From: Eledone cirrhosa
Lineage: Eukaryota
Direction of reading: 5' to 3'
Assembly: GCA_964016885.1 (NCBI GenBank)
Contig: OZ024740.1
Span: 17,112,001-17,176,000, forward strand
DNA length: 64,000 nt
The translations under genes and the position numbers were made by a program. The notes beneath the pieces are model-generated. The model worked only from the letters and a program-made list of their open reading frames with translations. It ran no database searches and was not told the origin of the DNA. How positions within the stretch are numbered: position 1 is the first letter of the stretch; the number at the start of each line of letters is the position of its first letter. Below, piece by piece: positions 40,850-55,800 of this stretch.

Positions 40850-43800
40850 TGTATGACTGTGGTTATGACAGTATGTGTGTCTGTATGACTGTTTGTGTGG
40901 TTATGACAGTATGTGTGTCTGTATGACTGTGTTTGTGTGGTTATGACAGTATGTGTGTGTCTGTATGACTGATTGTGTGGTTATGACAGTATGTGTGTGT
41001 CTATGACTGTGTTTGTGTGGTTATGACAGTATGTGTGTCTGTATGACTGTGTTTGTGTGGTTATGACAGTGTGTGTGTGTCTGTATGACTGTGTTTGTGT
41101 GGTTATGACAGTATGTGTGTCTGTATGACTGTGTTTGTGTGGTTATGACAGTATGTGTGTCTGTATGACTGTGTTTGTGTGGTTATGACAGTATGTGTGT
41201 CTGTATGACTGTTTGTGTGGTTATGACAGTATGTGTGTGTCTGTATGACTGATTGTGTGGTTATGACTATGTGTGTGTCTATGACTGTGTTTGTGTGGTT
41301 ATGACAGTATGTGTGTCTGTATGACTGTGTTTGTGTGGTTATGACTGTGTGTGTGTGTCTGTATGACTGTGTTTGTGTGGTTATGACAGTATGTGTGTCT
41401 GTATGACTGTGTTTGTGTGGTTATGACAGTATGTGTGTCTGTATGACTGTGTTTGTGTGGTTATGACAGTATGTGTGTGTCTGTATGACTGTGTTTGTGT
41501 GGTTATGACAGTATGTGTGTCTGTATGACTGTGTTTGTGTGGTTATGACAGTATGTGTGTCTGTATGACTGTGTTTGTGTGGTTATGACAGTATGTGTGT
41601 GTCTGTATGACTGATTGTGTGGTTATGACAGTATGTGTGTGTCTGTCTGACTGTGTGTGTGGTTATGACAGTATGTGTGTGTCTGTATGACTGTGTGGTT
41701 ATGACAGTATGTGTGTGTCTGCATGACTGTTTGTGTGGTTATGACAGTATGTGTGTGTCTGTATGACTGTGTTTGTGTGGTTATGACAGTATGTGTGTGT
41801 CTGTATGACTGTTTGTGTGGTTATGACAGTATGTGTGTGTCTGCATGACTGTTTGTGTGGTTATGACAGTATGTGTGTGTCTGTATGACTGTTTGTGTGG
41901 TTATGACAGTATGTGTGTCTGTATGACTGTTTGTGTGCTTATGACAGTATGTGTGTGTCTGTATGACTGTTTGTGTGGTTATGACAGTATGTGTGTGTCT
42001 GTATGACTGTGTTTGTGTGGTTATGACAGTATGTGTGTGTCTGTATGACTGTGTTTGTGTGGTTATGACAGTATGTGTGTGTCTGTATGACTGTGTTTGT
42101 GTGCTTATGACAGTATGTGTGTCTGTATGACTGTTTGTGTGGTTATGACAGTATGTGTGTCTGTATGACTGTTTGTGTGGTTATGACAGTATGTGTGTGT
42201 CTGTATGACTGTTTGTGTGGTTATGACAGTATGTGTGTCTGTGTTTGTGTGGTTATGACAGTATGTGTGTGTCTGTATGACTGTTTGTGTGCTTATGACA
42301 GTATGTGTGTGTCTGTATGACTGTTTGTGTGCTTTTGACAGTATGTGTGTCTGTATGACTGTGTTTGTGTGGTTATGACAGTATGTGTCTGTATGACTGT
42401 GTTCGTGTGGTTATGACAGTATGTGTGTCTGTATGACTGTGTTTGTGTGGTTATGACAGTATGTGTGTCTGTATGACTGTTTGTGTGGTTATGACAGTAT
42501 GTGTGTGTCTGTATGAGTGTTTGTGTGGTTATGACAGTATGTGTGTCTGTATGACTGTTTGTGTGGTTATGACAGTATGTGTGTCTGTATGAGTGTTTGT
42601 GTGGTTATGACAGTATGTGTGTGTCTGTATGACTGTGTTTGTGTGGTTATGACAGTATGTGTGTGGCTGTATAACTGTGTTTGTGTGGTTATGACAGTAT
42701 GTGTGTCTGTGTGACTGTGTCATAACCACACAAACACAGTCACACAGACACACATACTGTCATAACCACACAAACACAGTTATACAGACACACATACTGT
42801 CATAACCACACAAACACAGCCATACAGATACACACACTGTCATAACCACACAGTCATATAGACACACACATACTGTCATAACCACACAAACACAGTCATA
42901 CAGCCACACACATACTGTCATAACCACACAAACACAGTCATACAGACACACATACTGTCATAACAACACAAACACAGTTATACAGTCACACATACTGTCA
43001 TAACCACACAAACACAGTCATACAGACACACATACTGTCATAACCACACAAACACTGTCATACAGACACACATACTGTCATAAGCACACAAACACTCATA
43101 CAAACACACATACTGTCATAACCACACAAACACAGTTATACAGACACACACATACTGTCATAACCACACGAACACAGTCATACAGACACACATACTGTCA
43201 TAACCACACAAACACAGTCATACAGCCACACACATACTGTCATAACCACACAAACACAGTCATACAGACACACATACTGTCATAACAACATAAACACAGT
43301 CATACAGACACACATACTGTCATAACCACACAGTCATACAGACACACATACTGTCATAACCACACAGTCATACAGACACACATACTGTCATAACCACACA
43401 AACAGTCATACTGACACACATACTGTCATAACCACACAAACACAGTCATACGGACACACATACTGTCATAACCACACAGAGTTATACAGACACACACATA
43501 CTGTCATAACCACACAAACAGTCATACAGACACACACATACTGTCATAACCACACAAACACAGTCATACAGACACACATACTGTCATAACCACACAAACA
43601 CAGTCATACAGACACACATGCTGTCATAACCACACAAACACAGTCATAGACACACACATACTGTCATAACCACACAAACACAGTCATACAGACACACATA
43701 CTGTGGTTATGACGGTATGTGTGTGTCTGTATGACTGTTTGTGTGGTTATGACAGTATGTGTGTCTGTATGACTGTGTTTGTGTGGTTATGACAGTATGT

Positions 43801-46800
43801 GTGTCTGTATGACCGTTTGTGTGGTTATGACAGTATGTGTGTGTCTGTATGACTGTGTTTATGTGGTTATGACAGTATGTGTGTCTGTATGACTGTGTTT
43901 GTGTGGTTATGACAGTATGTGTGTGTCTGTATGACTGTGTTTGTGTGGTTATGACAGTGTGTGTGTGTCTGTATGACTGTGTTTGTGTGGTTATGACAGT
44001 ATGTGTGTGTCTGTATGACTGTGTTTGTGTGGTTATGACAGTATGTGTGTCTGTATCACTGTGTTTGTGTGGTTATGACTTTGTGTGTGTCTGTATGACT
44101 GATTTTGTATGGTTATGACAGTGTGTGTGTCTGTATGACTGTGTTTCTGTGGTTATGACAGTATGTGTGTCTGTATGACTGTGTTTCTGTGGTTATGACA
44201 GTATGTGTGTCTGTATGACTGTGTTTGTGTGGTTATGACAGTATGTGTGTCTGTATGACTGTGTTTGTGTGGTTATGACAGTATGTGTGTGTCTGTATGA
44301 GTGTTTGTGTGGTTATGACAGTATGTGTGTGTCTGTATGACTGTGTTTGTGTGGTTATGACAGTATGTGGGTGTCTGTATGAGTGTTTGTGTGGTTACGA
44401 CAGTATGTGCGTGTCTGTATGACTGATTGTGTGGTTATGACTGTATGTGTGTGTCTATGACTGTGTTTGTGTGGTTATGACAGTATGTGTGTCTGTATGA
44501 CCGTGTTTGTGTGGTTATGACAGTGTGTGTGTGTGTCTGTATGACTGTGTTCGTGTGGTTATGACAGTATGTGTGTCTGTATGACTGTGTTTGTGTGGTT
44601 ATGACAGTATGTGTGTCTGTATGACTGTGTTTGTGTGGTTATGACAGTATCTGTGTGTCTGTATGACTGTGTTTGTGTGGTTATGACAGTATGTGTGTCT
44701 GTATGACTGTTTGTGTGGTTATGACAGTATGTGTGTGTCTGTATGAGTGTTTGTGTGGTTATGACAGTATGTGTGTGTCTGTATGACTGTGTTTGTGTGG
44801 TTATGACAGTATGTGGGTGTCTGTATGAGTGTTTGTGTGGTTATGACAGTATGTGTGTGTCTGTATGACTGATTGTGTGGTTATGACTGTATGTGTGTGT
44901 CTATGACTGTGTTTGTGTGGTTATGACAGTATGTGTGTCTGTATGACTGTGTTTGTGTGGTTATGACAGTGTGTGTGTGTGTCTGTATGACTGTGTTTGT
45001 GTGGTTATGACAGTATGTGTGTCTGTATGACTGTGTTTGTGTGGTTATGACAGTATGTGTGTGTCTGTATGACTGATTGTGTGGTTATGACAGTATGTGT
45101 GTGTCTGTCTGACTGTGTGTGTGGTTATGACAGTATGTGTGTGTCTGTATGACTGTGTGGTTATGACAGTATGTGTGTGTCTGCATGACTGTTTGTGTGG
45201 TTATGACAGTATGTGTGTGTCTGTATGACTGTGTTTGTGTGGTTATGACAGTATGTGTGTGTCTGTATGACTGTTTGTGTGGTTATGACAGTATGTGTGT
45301 GTCTGCATGACTGTTTGTGTGGTTATGACAGTATGTGTGTGTCTGTATGACTGTTTGTGTGGTTATGACAGTATGTGTGTCTGTATGACTGTTTGTGTGC
45401 TTATGACAGTATGTGTGTGTCTGTATGACTGTTTGTGTGTGTCTGTATGACTGTGTTTGTGTGGTTATGACAGTATGTGTGTGTCTGTATGACTGTGTTT
45501 GTGTGGTTATGACAGTATGTGTGTGTCTGTATGACTGTGTTTGTGTGCTTATGACAGTATGTGTGTCTGTATGACTGTTTGTGTGGTTATGACAGTATGT
45601 GTGTCTGTATGACTGTTTGTGTGGTTATGACAGTATGTGTGTGTCTGTATGACTGTTTGTGTGGTTATGACAGTATGTGTGTCTGTGTTTGTGTGGTTAT
45701 GACAGTATGTGTGTGTCTGTATGACTGTTTGTGTGCTTATGACAGTATGTGTGTGTCTGTATGACTGTTTGTGTGCTTTTGACAGTATGTGTGTCTGTAT
45801 GACTGTGTTTGTGTGGTTATGACAGTATGTGTCTGTATGACTGTGTTCGTGTGGTTATGACAGTATGTGTGTCTGTATGACTGTGTTTGTGTGGTTATGA
45901 CAGTATGTGTGTCTGTATGACTGTTTGTGTGGTTATGACAGTATGTGTGTGTCTGTATGAGTGTTTGTGTGGTTATGACAGTATGTGTGTCTGTATGACT
46001 GTTTGTGTGGTTATGACAGTATGTGTGTCTGTATGAGTGTTTGTGTGGTTATGACAGTATGTGTGTGTCTGTATGACTGTGTTTGTGTGGTTATGACAGT
46101 ATGTGTGTGGCTGTATAACTGTGTTTGTGTGGTTATGACAGTATGTGTGTCTGTGTGACTGTGTCATAACCACACAAACACAGTCACACAGACACACATA
46201 CTGTCATAACCACACAAACACAGTTATACAGACACACATACTGTCATAACCACACAAACACAGCCATACAGATACACACACTGTCATAACCACACAGTCA
46301 TATAGACACACACATACTGTCATAACCACACAAACACAGTCATACAGCCACACACATACTGTCATAACCACACAAACACAGTCATACAGACACACATACT
46401 GTCATAACAACACAAACACAGTTATACAGTCACACATACTGTCATAACCACACAAACACAGTCATACAGACACACATACTGTCATAACCACACAAACACT
46501 GTCATACAGACACACATACTGTCATAAGCACACAAACACTCATACAAACACACATACTGTCATAACCACACAAACACAGTTATACAGACACACACATACT
46601 GTCATAACCACACGAACACAGTCATACAGACACACATACTGTCATAACCACACAAACAGTCATACAGACACACATACTGTCATAACCACACAAACAGTCA
46701 TACAGACACACATACTGTCATAACAACATAAACACAGTCATACAGACACACATACTGTCATAACCACACAGTCATACAGACACACATACTGTCATAACCA

Positions 46801-49800
46801 CACAGTCATACAGACACACATACTGTCATAACCACACAAACAGTCATACTGACACACATACTGTCATAACCACACAAACACAGTCATACGGACACACATA
46901 CTGTCATAACCACACAGAGTTATACAGACACACACATACTGTCATAACCACACAGTCATACAGACACACATACTGTCATAACCACACAAACAGTCATAAA
47001 GACACACACATACTGTCATAACCACACAAACAGTCATACAGACACACACATACTGTCATAACCACACAAACACAGTCATACAGACACACATACTGTCATA
47101 ATCACACAAACACAGTCATACAGACACACATGCTGTCATAACCACACAAACACAGTCATAGACACACACATACTGTCATAACCACACAAACACAGTCATA
47201 CAGACACACATACTGTGGTTATGACGGTATGTGTGTGTCTGTATGACTGTGTTTGTGTCGTTATGACAGTATGTGTGTGTCTATATGACTGTTTGTGTGG
47301 TTATGACAGTATGTGTGTCTGTATGACTGTGTTTGTGTGGTTATGACAGTATGTGTGTGTCTGTATGACTGTGTTTGTGTGGTTATGACAGTATGTGTGT
47401 CTGTATGACCGTTTGTGTGGTTATGACAGTATGTGTGTGTCTGTATGACTGTGTTTATGTGGTTATGACAGTATGTGTGTCTGTATGACTGTGTTTGTGT
47501 GGTTATGACAGTATGTGTGTGTCTGTATGACTGTGTTTGTGTGGTTATGACAGTGTGTGTGTGTCTGTATGACTGTGTTTGTGTGGTTATGACAGTATGT
47601 GTGTGTCTGTATGACTGTGTTTGTGTGGTTATGACAGTATGTGTGTCTGTATCACTGTGTTTGTGTGGTTATGACTTTGTGTGTGTCTGTATGACTGATT
47701 TTGTATGGTTATGACAGTGTGTGTGTCTGTATGACTGTGTTTCTGTGGTTATGACAGTATGTGTGTCTGTATGACTGTGTTTCTGTGGTTATGACAGTAT
47801 GTGTGTCTGTATGACTGTGTTTGTGTGGTTATGACAGTATGTGTGTCTGTATGACTGTGTTTGTGTGGTTATGACAGTATGTGTGTGTCTGTATGAGTGT
47901 TTGTGTGGTTATGACAGTATGTGTGTGTCTGTATGACTGTGTTTGTGTGGTTATGACAGTATGTGTGTCTGTATGACTGTGTTTGTGTGGTTATGACAGT
48001 ATGTGTGTGTCTGTATGACTGTGTTTGTGTGGTTATGACAGTATGTGTGTCTGTATGACTGTGTTTGTGTGGTTATGACAGTATGTGTGTCTGTATGACT
48101 GTGTTTGTGTGGTTATGACAGTATGTGTGTGTCTGTATGACTGATTGTGTGGTTATGACAGTATGTGTGTGTCTGTCTGACTGTGTGTGTGGTTATGACA
48201 GTATGTGTGTGTCTGTATGACTGTGTGGTTATGACAGTATGTGTGTGTCTGCATGACTGTTTGTGTGGTTATGACAGTATGTGTGTGTCTGTATGACTGT
48301 GTTTGTGTGGTTATGACAGTATGTGTGTGTCTGTATGACTGTTTGTGTGGTTATGACAGTATGTGTGTGTCTGCATGACTGTTTGTGTGGTTATGACAGT
48401 ATGTGTGTGTCTGTATGACTGTTTGTGTGGTTATGACAGTATGTGTGTCTGTATGACTGTTTGTGTGCTTATGACAGTATGTGTGTGTCTGTATGACTGT
48501 GTTTGTGTGGTTATGACAGTATGTGTGTGTCTGTATGACTGTGTTTGTGTGGTTATGACAGTATGTATGTGTCTGTATGACTGTGTTTGTGTGGTTATGA
48601 CAGTATGTGTGTCTGTATGACTGTTTGTGTGGTTATGACAGTATGTGTGTCTGTATGACTGTTTGTGTGGTTATGACAGTATGTGTGTGTCTGTATGACT
48701 GTTTGTGTGGTTATGACAGTATGTGTGTCTGTGTTTGTGTGGTTATGACAGCATGTGTGTGTCTGTATGACTGTTTGTGTGCTTATGACAGTATGTGTGT
48801 GTCTGTATGACTGTTTGTGTGCTTTTGACAGTATGTGTGTCTGTATGACTGTGTTTGTGTGGTTATGACAGTATGTGTGTCTGTATGACTGTGTTCGTGT
48901 GGTTATGACAGTATGTGTCTGTATGACTGTGTTTGTGTGGTTATGACAGTGTGTGTCTGTATGACTGTTTGTGTGGTTATGACAGTATGTGTGTGTCTGT
49001 ATGAGTGTTTGTGTGGTTATGACAGTATGTGTGTCTGTATGACTGTTTGTGTGGTTATGACAGTATGTGTGTGTCTGTATGACTGTGTTCGTGTGGTTAT
49101 GACAGTATGTGTGTGTCTGTATAACTGTGTTTGTGTGGTTATGACAGTATGTGTGTCTGTGTTTGTGTGGTTATGACAGTATGTGTGTGTCTGTATGACT
49201 GTTTGTGTGCTTATGACAGTATGTGTGTGTCTGTATGACTGTTTGTGTGCTTTTGACAGTATGTGTGTCTGTATGACTGTGTTTGTGTGGTTATGACAGT
49301 ATGTGTGTCTGTATGACTGTGTTCGTGTGGTTATGACAGTATGTGTGTCTGTATGACTGTGTTTGTGTGGTTATGACAGTGTGTGTCTGTATGACTGTTT
49401 GTGTGGTTATGACAGTATGTGTGTGTCTGTATGACTGTTTGTGTGGTTATGACAGTATGTGTGTCTGTATGACTGTTTGTGTGGTTATGACAGTATGTGT
49501 GTCTGTATGACTGTTTGTGTGGTTATGACAGTATGTGTGTGTCTGTATGACTGTTTGTGTGGTTATGACAGTATGTTTGTCTGTATGACTGTTTGTGTGG
49601 TTATGACAGTATGTGTGTGTCTGTATGAGTGTTTGTGTGGTTATGACAGTATGTGTGTGTCTGTATGACTGTGTTTGTGTGGTTATGACAGTATGTGTGT
49701 GGCTGTATGACTGTGTTTGTGTGGTTATGACAGTATGTGTGTCTGTATAACTGTGTTTGTGTGGTTATGACAGTATGTGGGTGTCTGTATGACTGTGTTT

Positions 49801-52800
49801 GTGTGGTTATGACAGTATGTGTGTGGCTCTATGACTGTGTTTGTGTGGTTATGACAGTGTGTGTCTGTATGACTGTTTGTGTGGTTATGACAGTATGTGT
49901 GTCTGTATAACTGTGTTTGTGTGGTTATGACAGTATGTGGGTGTCTGTATGACTGTGTTTGTGTGGTTATGACAGTATGTGTGTGTCTGTATGACTGTTT
50001 GTGTGGTTATGACAGTATGTGTGTGGCTGTATGACTGTGTTTGTGTGGTTATGACAGTATGTGTGTCTGTATGACTGTTTGTGTGATTATGACAGTATGT
50101 GTGTCTGTATGACTGTGTTTGTGTGGTTATGACAGTATGTGTGTGTCTGCATGACTGTTTGTGTGGTTATGACAGTATGTGTGTCTGTGTTTGTGTGGTT
50201 ATGACAGTATGTGTGTGTCTGTATGACTGTTTGTGTGGTTATGACAGTATGTGTGTCTGTGTTTGTGTGGTTATGACAGTATGTGTGTGTCTGTATGACT
50301 GTTTGTGTGCTTATGACAGTATGTGTGTGTCTGTATGACTGTGTTTGTGTGGTTATGACAGTATGTGTGTGTCTGTATGACTGTTTGTGTGCTTTTGACA
50401 GTATGTGTGTCCGTATGACTGTGTTTGTGTGGTTATGACAGTATGTGTGTGTCTGTATAACTGTGTTTGTGTGGTTATGACAGTATGTGTGTGTCTGTAT
50501 GACTGTGTTTGTGTGGTTATGACAGTATGTGTGTCTGTATGACTGTTTGTGTGGTTATGACAGTATGTGTGTCTGTATGACTGTTTGTGTGCTTATGACA
50601 GTATGTGTGTGTCTGTATGACTGTGTTTGTGTGGTTATGACAGTATGTGTGTGTCTGTATGACTGTGTTTGTGTGGTTATGACAGTATGTGTGTGTCTGT
50701 ATGACTGTGTTTGTGTGGTTATGACAGTATGTGTGTCTGTATGACTGTTTGTGTGGTTATGACAGTATGTGTGTCTGTATGACTGTTTGTGTGGTTATGA
50801 CAGTATGTGTGTGTCTGTATGACTGTTTGTGTGGTTATGACAGTATGTGTGTCTGTGTTTGTGTGGTTATGACAGTATGTGTGTGTCTGTATGACTGTTT
50901 GTGTGCTTATGACAGTATGTGTGTGTCTGTATGACTGTTTGTGTGCTTTTGACAGTATGTGTGTCTGTATGACTGTGTTTGTGTGGTTATGACAGTATGT
51001 GTGTCTGTATGACTGTGTTCGTGTGGTTATGACAGTATGTGTGTCTGTATGACTGTGTTTGTGTGGTTATGACAGTGTGTGTCTGTATGACTGTTTGTGT
51101 GGTTATGACAGTATGTGTGTGTCTGTATGAGTGTTTGTGTGGTTATGACAGTATGTGTGTCTGTATGACTGTTTGTGTGGTTATGACAGTATGTGTGTGT
51201 CTGTATGACTGTGTTCGTGTGGTTATGACAGTATGTGTGTGTCTGTATAACTGTGTTTGTGTGGTTATGACAGTATGTGTGTCTGTGTTTGTGTGGTTAT
51301 GACAGTATGTGTGTGTCTGTATGACTGTTTGTGTGCTTATGACAGTATGTGTGTGTCTGTATGACTGTTTGTGTGCTTTTGACAGTATGTGTGTCTGTAT
51401 GACTGTGTTTGTGTGGTTATGACAGTATGTGTGTCTGTATGACTGTGTTCGTGTGGTTATGACAGTATGTGTGTCTGTATGACTGTGTTTGTGTGGTTAT
51501 GACAGTGTGTGTCTGTATGACTGTTTGTGTGGTTATGACAGTATGTGTGTGTCTGTATGACTGTTTGTGTGGTTATGACAGTATGTGTGTCTGTATGACT
51601 GTTTGTGTGGTTATGACAGTATGTGTGTCTGTATGACTGTTTGTGTGGTTATGACAGTATGTGTGTGTCTGTATGACTGTTTGTGTGGTTATGACAGTAT
51701 GTTTGTCTGTATGACTGTTTGTGTGGTTATGACAGTATGTGTGTGTCTGTATGAGTGTTTGTGTGGTTATGACAGTATGTGTGTGTCTGTATGACTGTGT
51801 TTGTGTGGTTATGACAGTATGTGTGTGGCTGTATGACTGTGTTTGTGTGGTTATGACAGTATGTGTGTCTGTATAACTGTGTTTGTGTGGTTATGACAGT
51901 ATGTGGGTGTCTGTATGACTGTGTTTGTGTGGTTATGACAGTATGTGTGTGGCTCTATGACTGTGTTTGTGTGGTTATGACAGTGTGTGTCTGTATGACT
52001 GTTTGTGTGGTTATGACAGTATGTGTGTCTGTATAACTGTGTTTGTGTGGTTATGACAGTATGTGGGTGTCTGTATGACTGTGTTTGTGTGGTTATGACA
52101 GTATGTGTGTGTCTGTATGACTGTTTGTGTGGTTATGACAGTATGTGTGTGGCTGTATGACTGTGTTTGTGTGGTTATGACAGTATGTGTGTCTGTATGA
52201 CTGTTTGTGTGATTATGACAGTATGTGTGTCTGTATGACTGTGTTTGTGTGGTTATGACAGTATGTGTGTGTCTGCATGACTGTTTGTGTGGTTATGACA
52301 GTATGTGTGTCTGTGTTTGTGTGGTTATGACAGTATGTGTGTGTCTGTATGACTGTTTGTGTGGTTATGACAGTATGTGTGTCTGTGTTTGTGTGGTTAT
52401 GACAGTATGTGTGTGTCTGTATGACTGTTTGTGTGCTTATGACAGTATGTGTGTGTCTGTATGACTGTGTTTGTGTGGTTATGACAGTATGTGTGTGTCT
52501 GTATGACTGTTTGTGTGCTTTTGACAGTATGTGTGTCTGTATGACTGTGTTTGTGTGGTTATGACAGTATGTGTGTGTCTGTATAACTGTGTTTGTGTGG
52601 TTATGACAGTATGTGTGTGTCTGTATGACTGTGTTTGTGTGGTTATGACAGTATGTGTGTCTGTATGACTGTTTGTGTGGTTATGACAGTATGTGTGTCT
52701 GTATGACTGTTTGTGTGCTTATGACAGTATGTGTGTGTCTGTATGACTGTGTTTGTGTGGTTATGACAGTATGTGTGTGTCTGTATGACTGTTTGTGTGG

Positions 52801-55800
52801 TTATGACAGTATGTGTGTGTCTGTATGACTGTGTTTGTGTGGTTATGACAGTATGTGTGTCTGTATGACTGTTTGTGTGGTTATGACAGTATGTGTGTCT
52901 GTATGACTGTTTGTGTGGTTATGACAGTATGTGTGTGTCTGTATGACTGTTTGTGTGGTTATGACAGTATGTGTGTCTGTGTTTGTGTGGTTATGACAGT
53001 ATGTGTGTGTCTGTATGACTGTTTGTGTGCTTATGACAGTATGTGTGTGTCTGTATGACTGTTTGTGTGCTTTTGACAGTATGTGTGTCTGTATGACTGT
53101 GTTTGTGTGGTTATGACAGTATGTGTGTCTGTATGACTGTGTTCGTGTGGTTATGACAGTATGTGTGTCTGTATGACTGTGTTTGTGTGGTTATGACAGT
53201 GTGTGTCTGTATGACTGTTTGTGTGGTTATGACAGTATGTGTGTGTCTGTATGAGTGTTTGTGTGGTTATGACAGTATGTGTGTCTGTATGACTGTTTGT
53301 GTGGTTATGACAGTATGTGTGTGTCTGTATGACTGTGTTCGTGTGGTTATGACAGTATGTGTGTGTCTGTATAACTGTGTTTGTGTGGTTATGACAGTAT
53401 GTGTGTCTGTGTTTGTGTGGTTATGACAGTATGTGTGTGTCTGTATGAGTGTTTGTGTGGTTATGACAGTATGTGTGTGTCTGTATGACTGTGTTTGTGT
53501 GGTTATGACAGTATGTGTGTGGCTGTATGACTGTGTTTGTGTGGTTATGACAGTATGTGTGTCTGTATAACTGTGTTTGTGTGGTTATGACAGTATGTGG
53601 GTGTCTGTATGACTGTGTTTGTGTGGTTATGACAGTATGTGTGTGGCTCTATGACTGTGTTTGTGTGGTTATGACAGTGTGTGTCTGTATGACTGTTTGT
53701 GTGGTTATGACAGTATGTGTGTCTGTATAACTGTGTTTGTGTGGTTATGACAGTATGTGGGTGTCTGTATGACTGTGTTTGTGTGGTTATGACAGTATGT
53801 GTGTGTCTGTATGACTGTTTGTGTGGTTATGACAGTATGTGTGTGGCTGTATGACTGTGTTTGTGTGGTTATGACAGTATGTGTGTCTGTATGACTGTTT
53901 GTGTGATTATGACAGTATGTGTGTCTGTATGACTGTGTTTGTGTGGTTATGACAGTATGTGTGTGTCTGCATGACTGTTTGTGTGGTTATGACAGTATGT
54001 GTGTCTGTGTTTGTGTGGTTATGACAGTATGTGTGTGTCTGTATGACTGTTTGTGTGGTTATGACAGTATGTGTGTCTGTGTTTGTGTGGTTATGACAGT
54101 ATGTGTGTGTCTGTATGACTGTTTGTGTGCTTATGACAGTATGTGTGTGTCTGTATGACTGTGTTTGTGTGGTTATGACAGTATGTGTGTGTCTGTATGA
54201 CTGTTTGTGTGCTTTTGACAGTATGTGTGTCTGTATGACTGTGTTTGTGTGGTTATGACAGTATGTGTGTGTCTGTATAACTGTGTTTGTGTGGTTATGA
54301 CAGTATGTGTGTGTCTGTATGACTGTGTTTGTGTGGTTATGACAGTATGTGTGTCTGTATGACTGTGTTCGTGTGGTTATGACAGTATGTGTGTGTCTGT
54401 ATAACTGTGTTTGTGTGGTTATGACAGTATGTGTGTTTGTATGAGTGTTTGTGTGCTTATGACAGTATGTGTGTCTGTATGACAGTGTTTGTGTGGTTAT
54501 GACAGTATGTGTGTCTGTATGACTGTGTTTGTGTCGTTATGACAGTATGTGTGTGTCTATATGACTGTTTGTGTGGTTATGACAGTATGTGTGTCTGTAT
54601 GACTGTGTTTGTGTGGTTATGACAGTATGTGTGTGTCTGTATGACTGTGTTTGTGTGGTTATGACAGTATGTGTGTCTGTATGACCGTTTGTGTGGTTAT
54701 GACAGTATGTGTGTGTCTGTATGACTGTGTTTATGTGGTTATGACAGTATGTGTGTCTGTATGACTGTGTTTGTGTGGTTATGACAGTATGTGTGTGTCT
54801 GTATGACTGTGTTTGTGTGGTTATGACAGTGTGTGTGTGTCTGTATGACTGTGTTTGTGTGGTTATGACAGTATGTGTGTGTCTGTATGACTGTGTTTGT
54901 GTGGTTATGACAGTATGTGTGTCTGTATCACTGTGTTTGTGTGGTTATGACTTTGTGTGTGTCTGTATGACTGATTTTGTATGGTTATGACAGTGTGTGT
55001 GTCTGTATGACTGTGTTTCTGTGGTTATGACAGTATGTGTGTCTGTATGACTGTGTTTGTGTGGTTATGACAGTATGTGTGTCTGTATGACTGTGTTTGT
55101 GTGGTTATGACAGTATGTGTGTCTGTATGACTGTGTTTGTGTGGTTATGACAGTATGTGTGTGTCTGTATGACTGATTGTGTGGTTATGACAGTATGTGT
55201 GTGTCTGTCTGACTGTGTGTGTGGTTATGACAGTATGTGTGTGTCTGTATGACTGTGTGGTTATGACAGTATGTGTGTGTCTGCATGACTGTTTGTGTGG
55301 TTATGACAGTATGTGTGTGTCTGTATGACTGTGTTTGTGTGGTTATGACAGTATGTGTGTGTCTGTATGACTGTTTGTGTGGTTATGACAGTATGTGTGT
55401 GTCTGCATGACTGTTTGTGTGGTTATGACAGTATGTGTGTGTCTGTATGACTTTGTGTGGTTATGACAGTATGTGTGTCTGTATGACTGTTTGTGTGCTT
55501 ATGACAGTATGTGTGTGTCTGTATGACTGTGTTTGTGTGGTTATGACAGTATGTGTGTGTCTGTATGACTGTGTTTGTGTGGTTATGACAGTATGTATGT
55601 GTCTGTATGACTGTGTTTGTGTGGTTATGACAGTATGTGTGTCTGTATGACTGTTTGTGTGGTTATGACAGTATGTGTGTCTGTATGACTGTTTGTGTGG
55701 TTATGACAGTATGTGTGTGTCTGTATGACTGTTTGTGTGGTTATGACAGTATGTGTGTCTGTGTTTGTGTGGTTATGACAGTATGTGTGTGTCTGTATGA

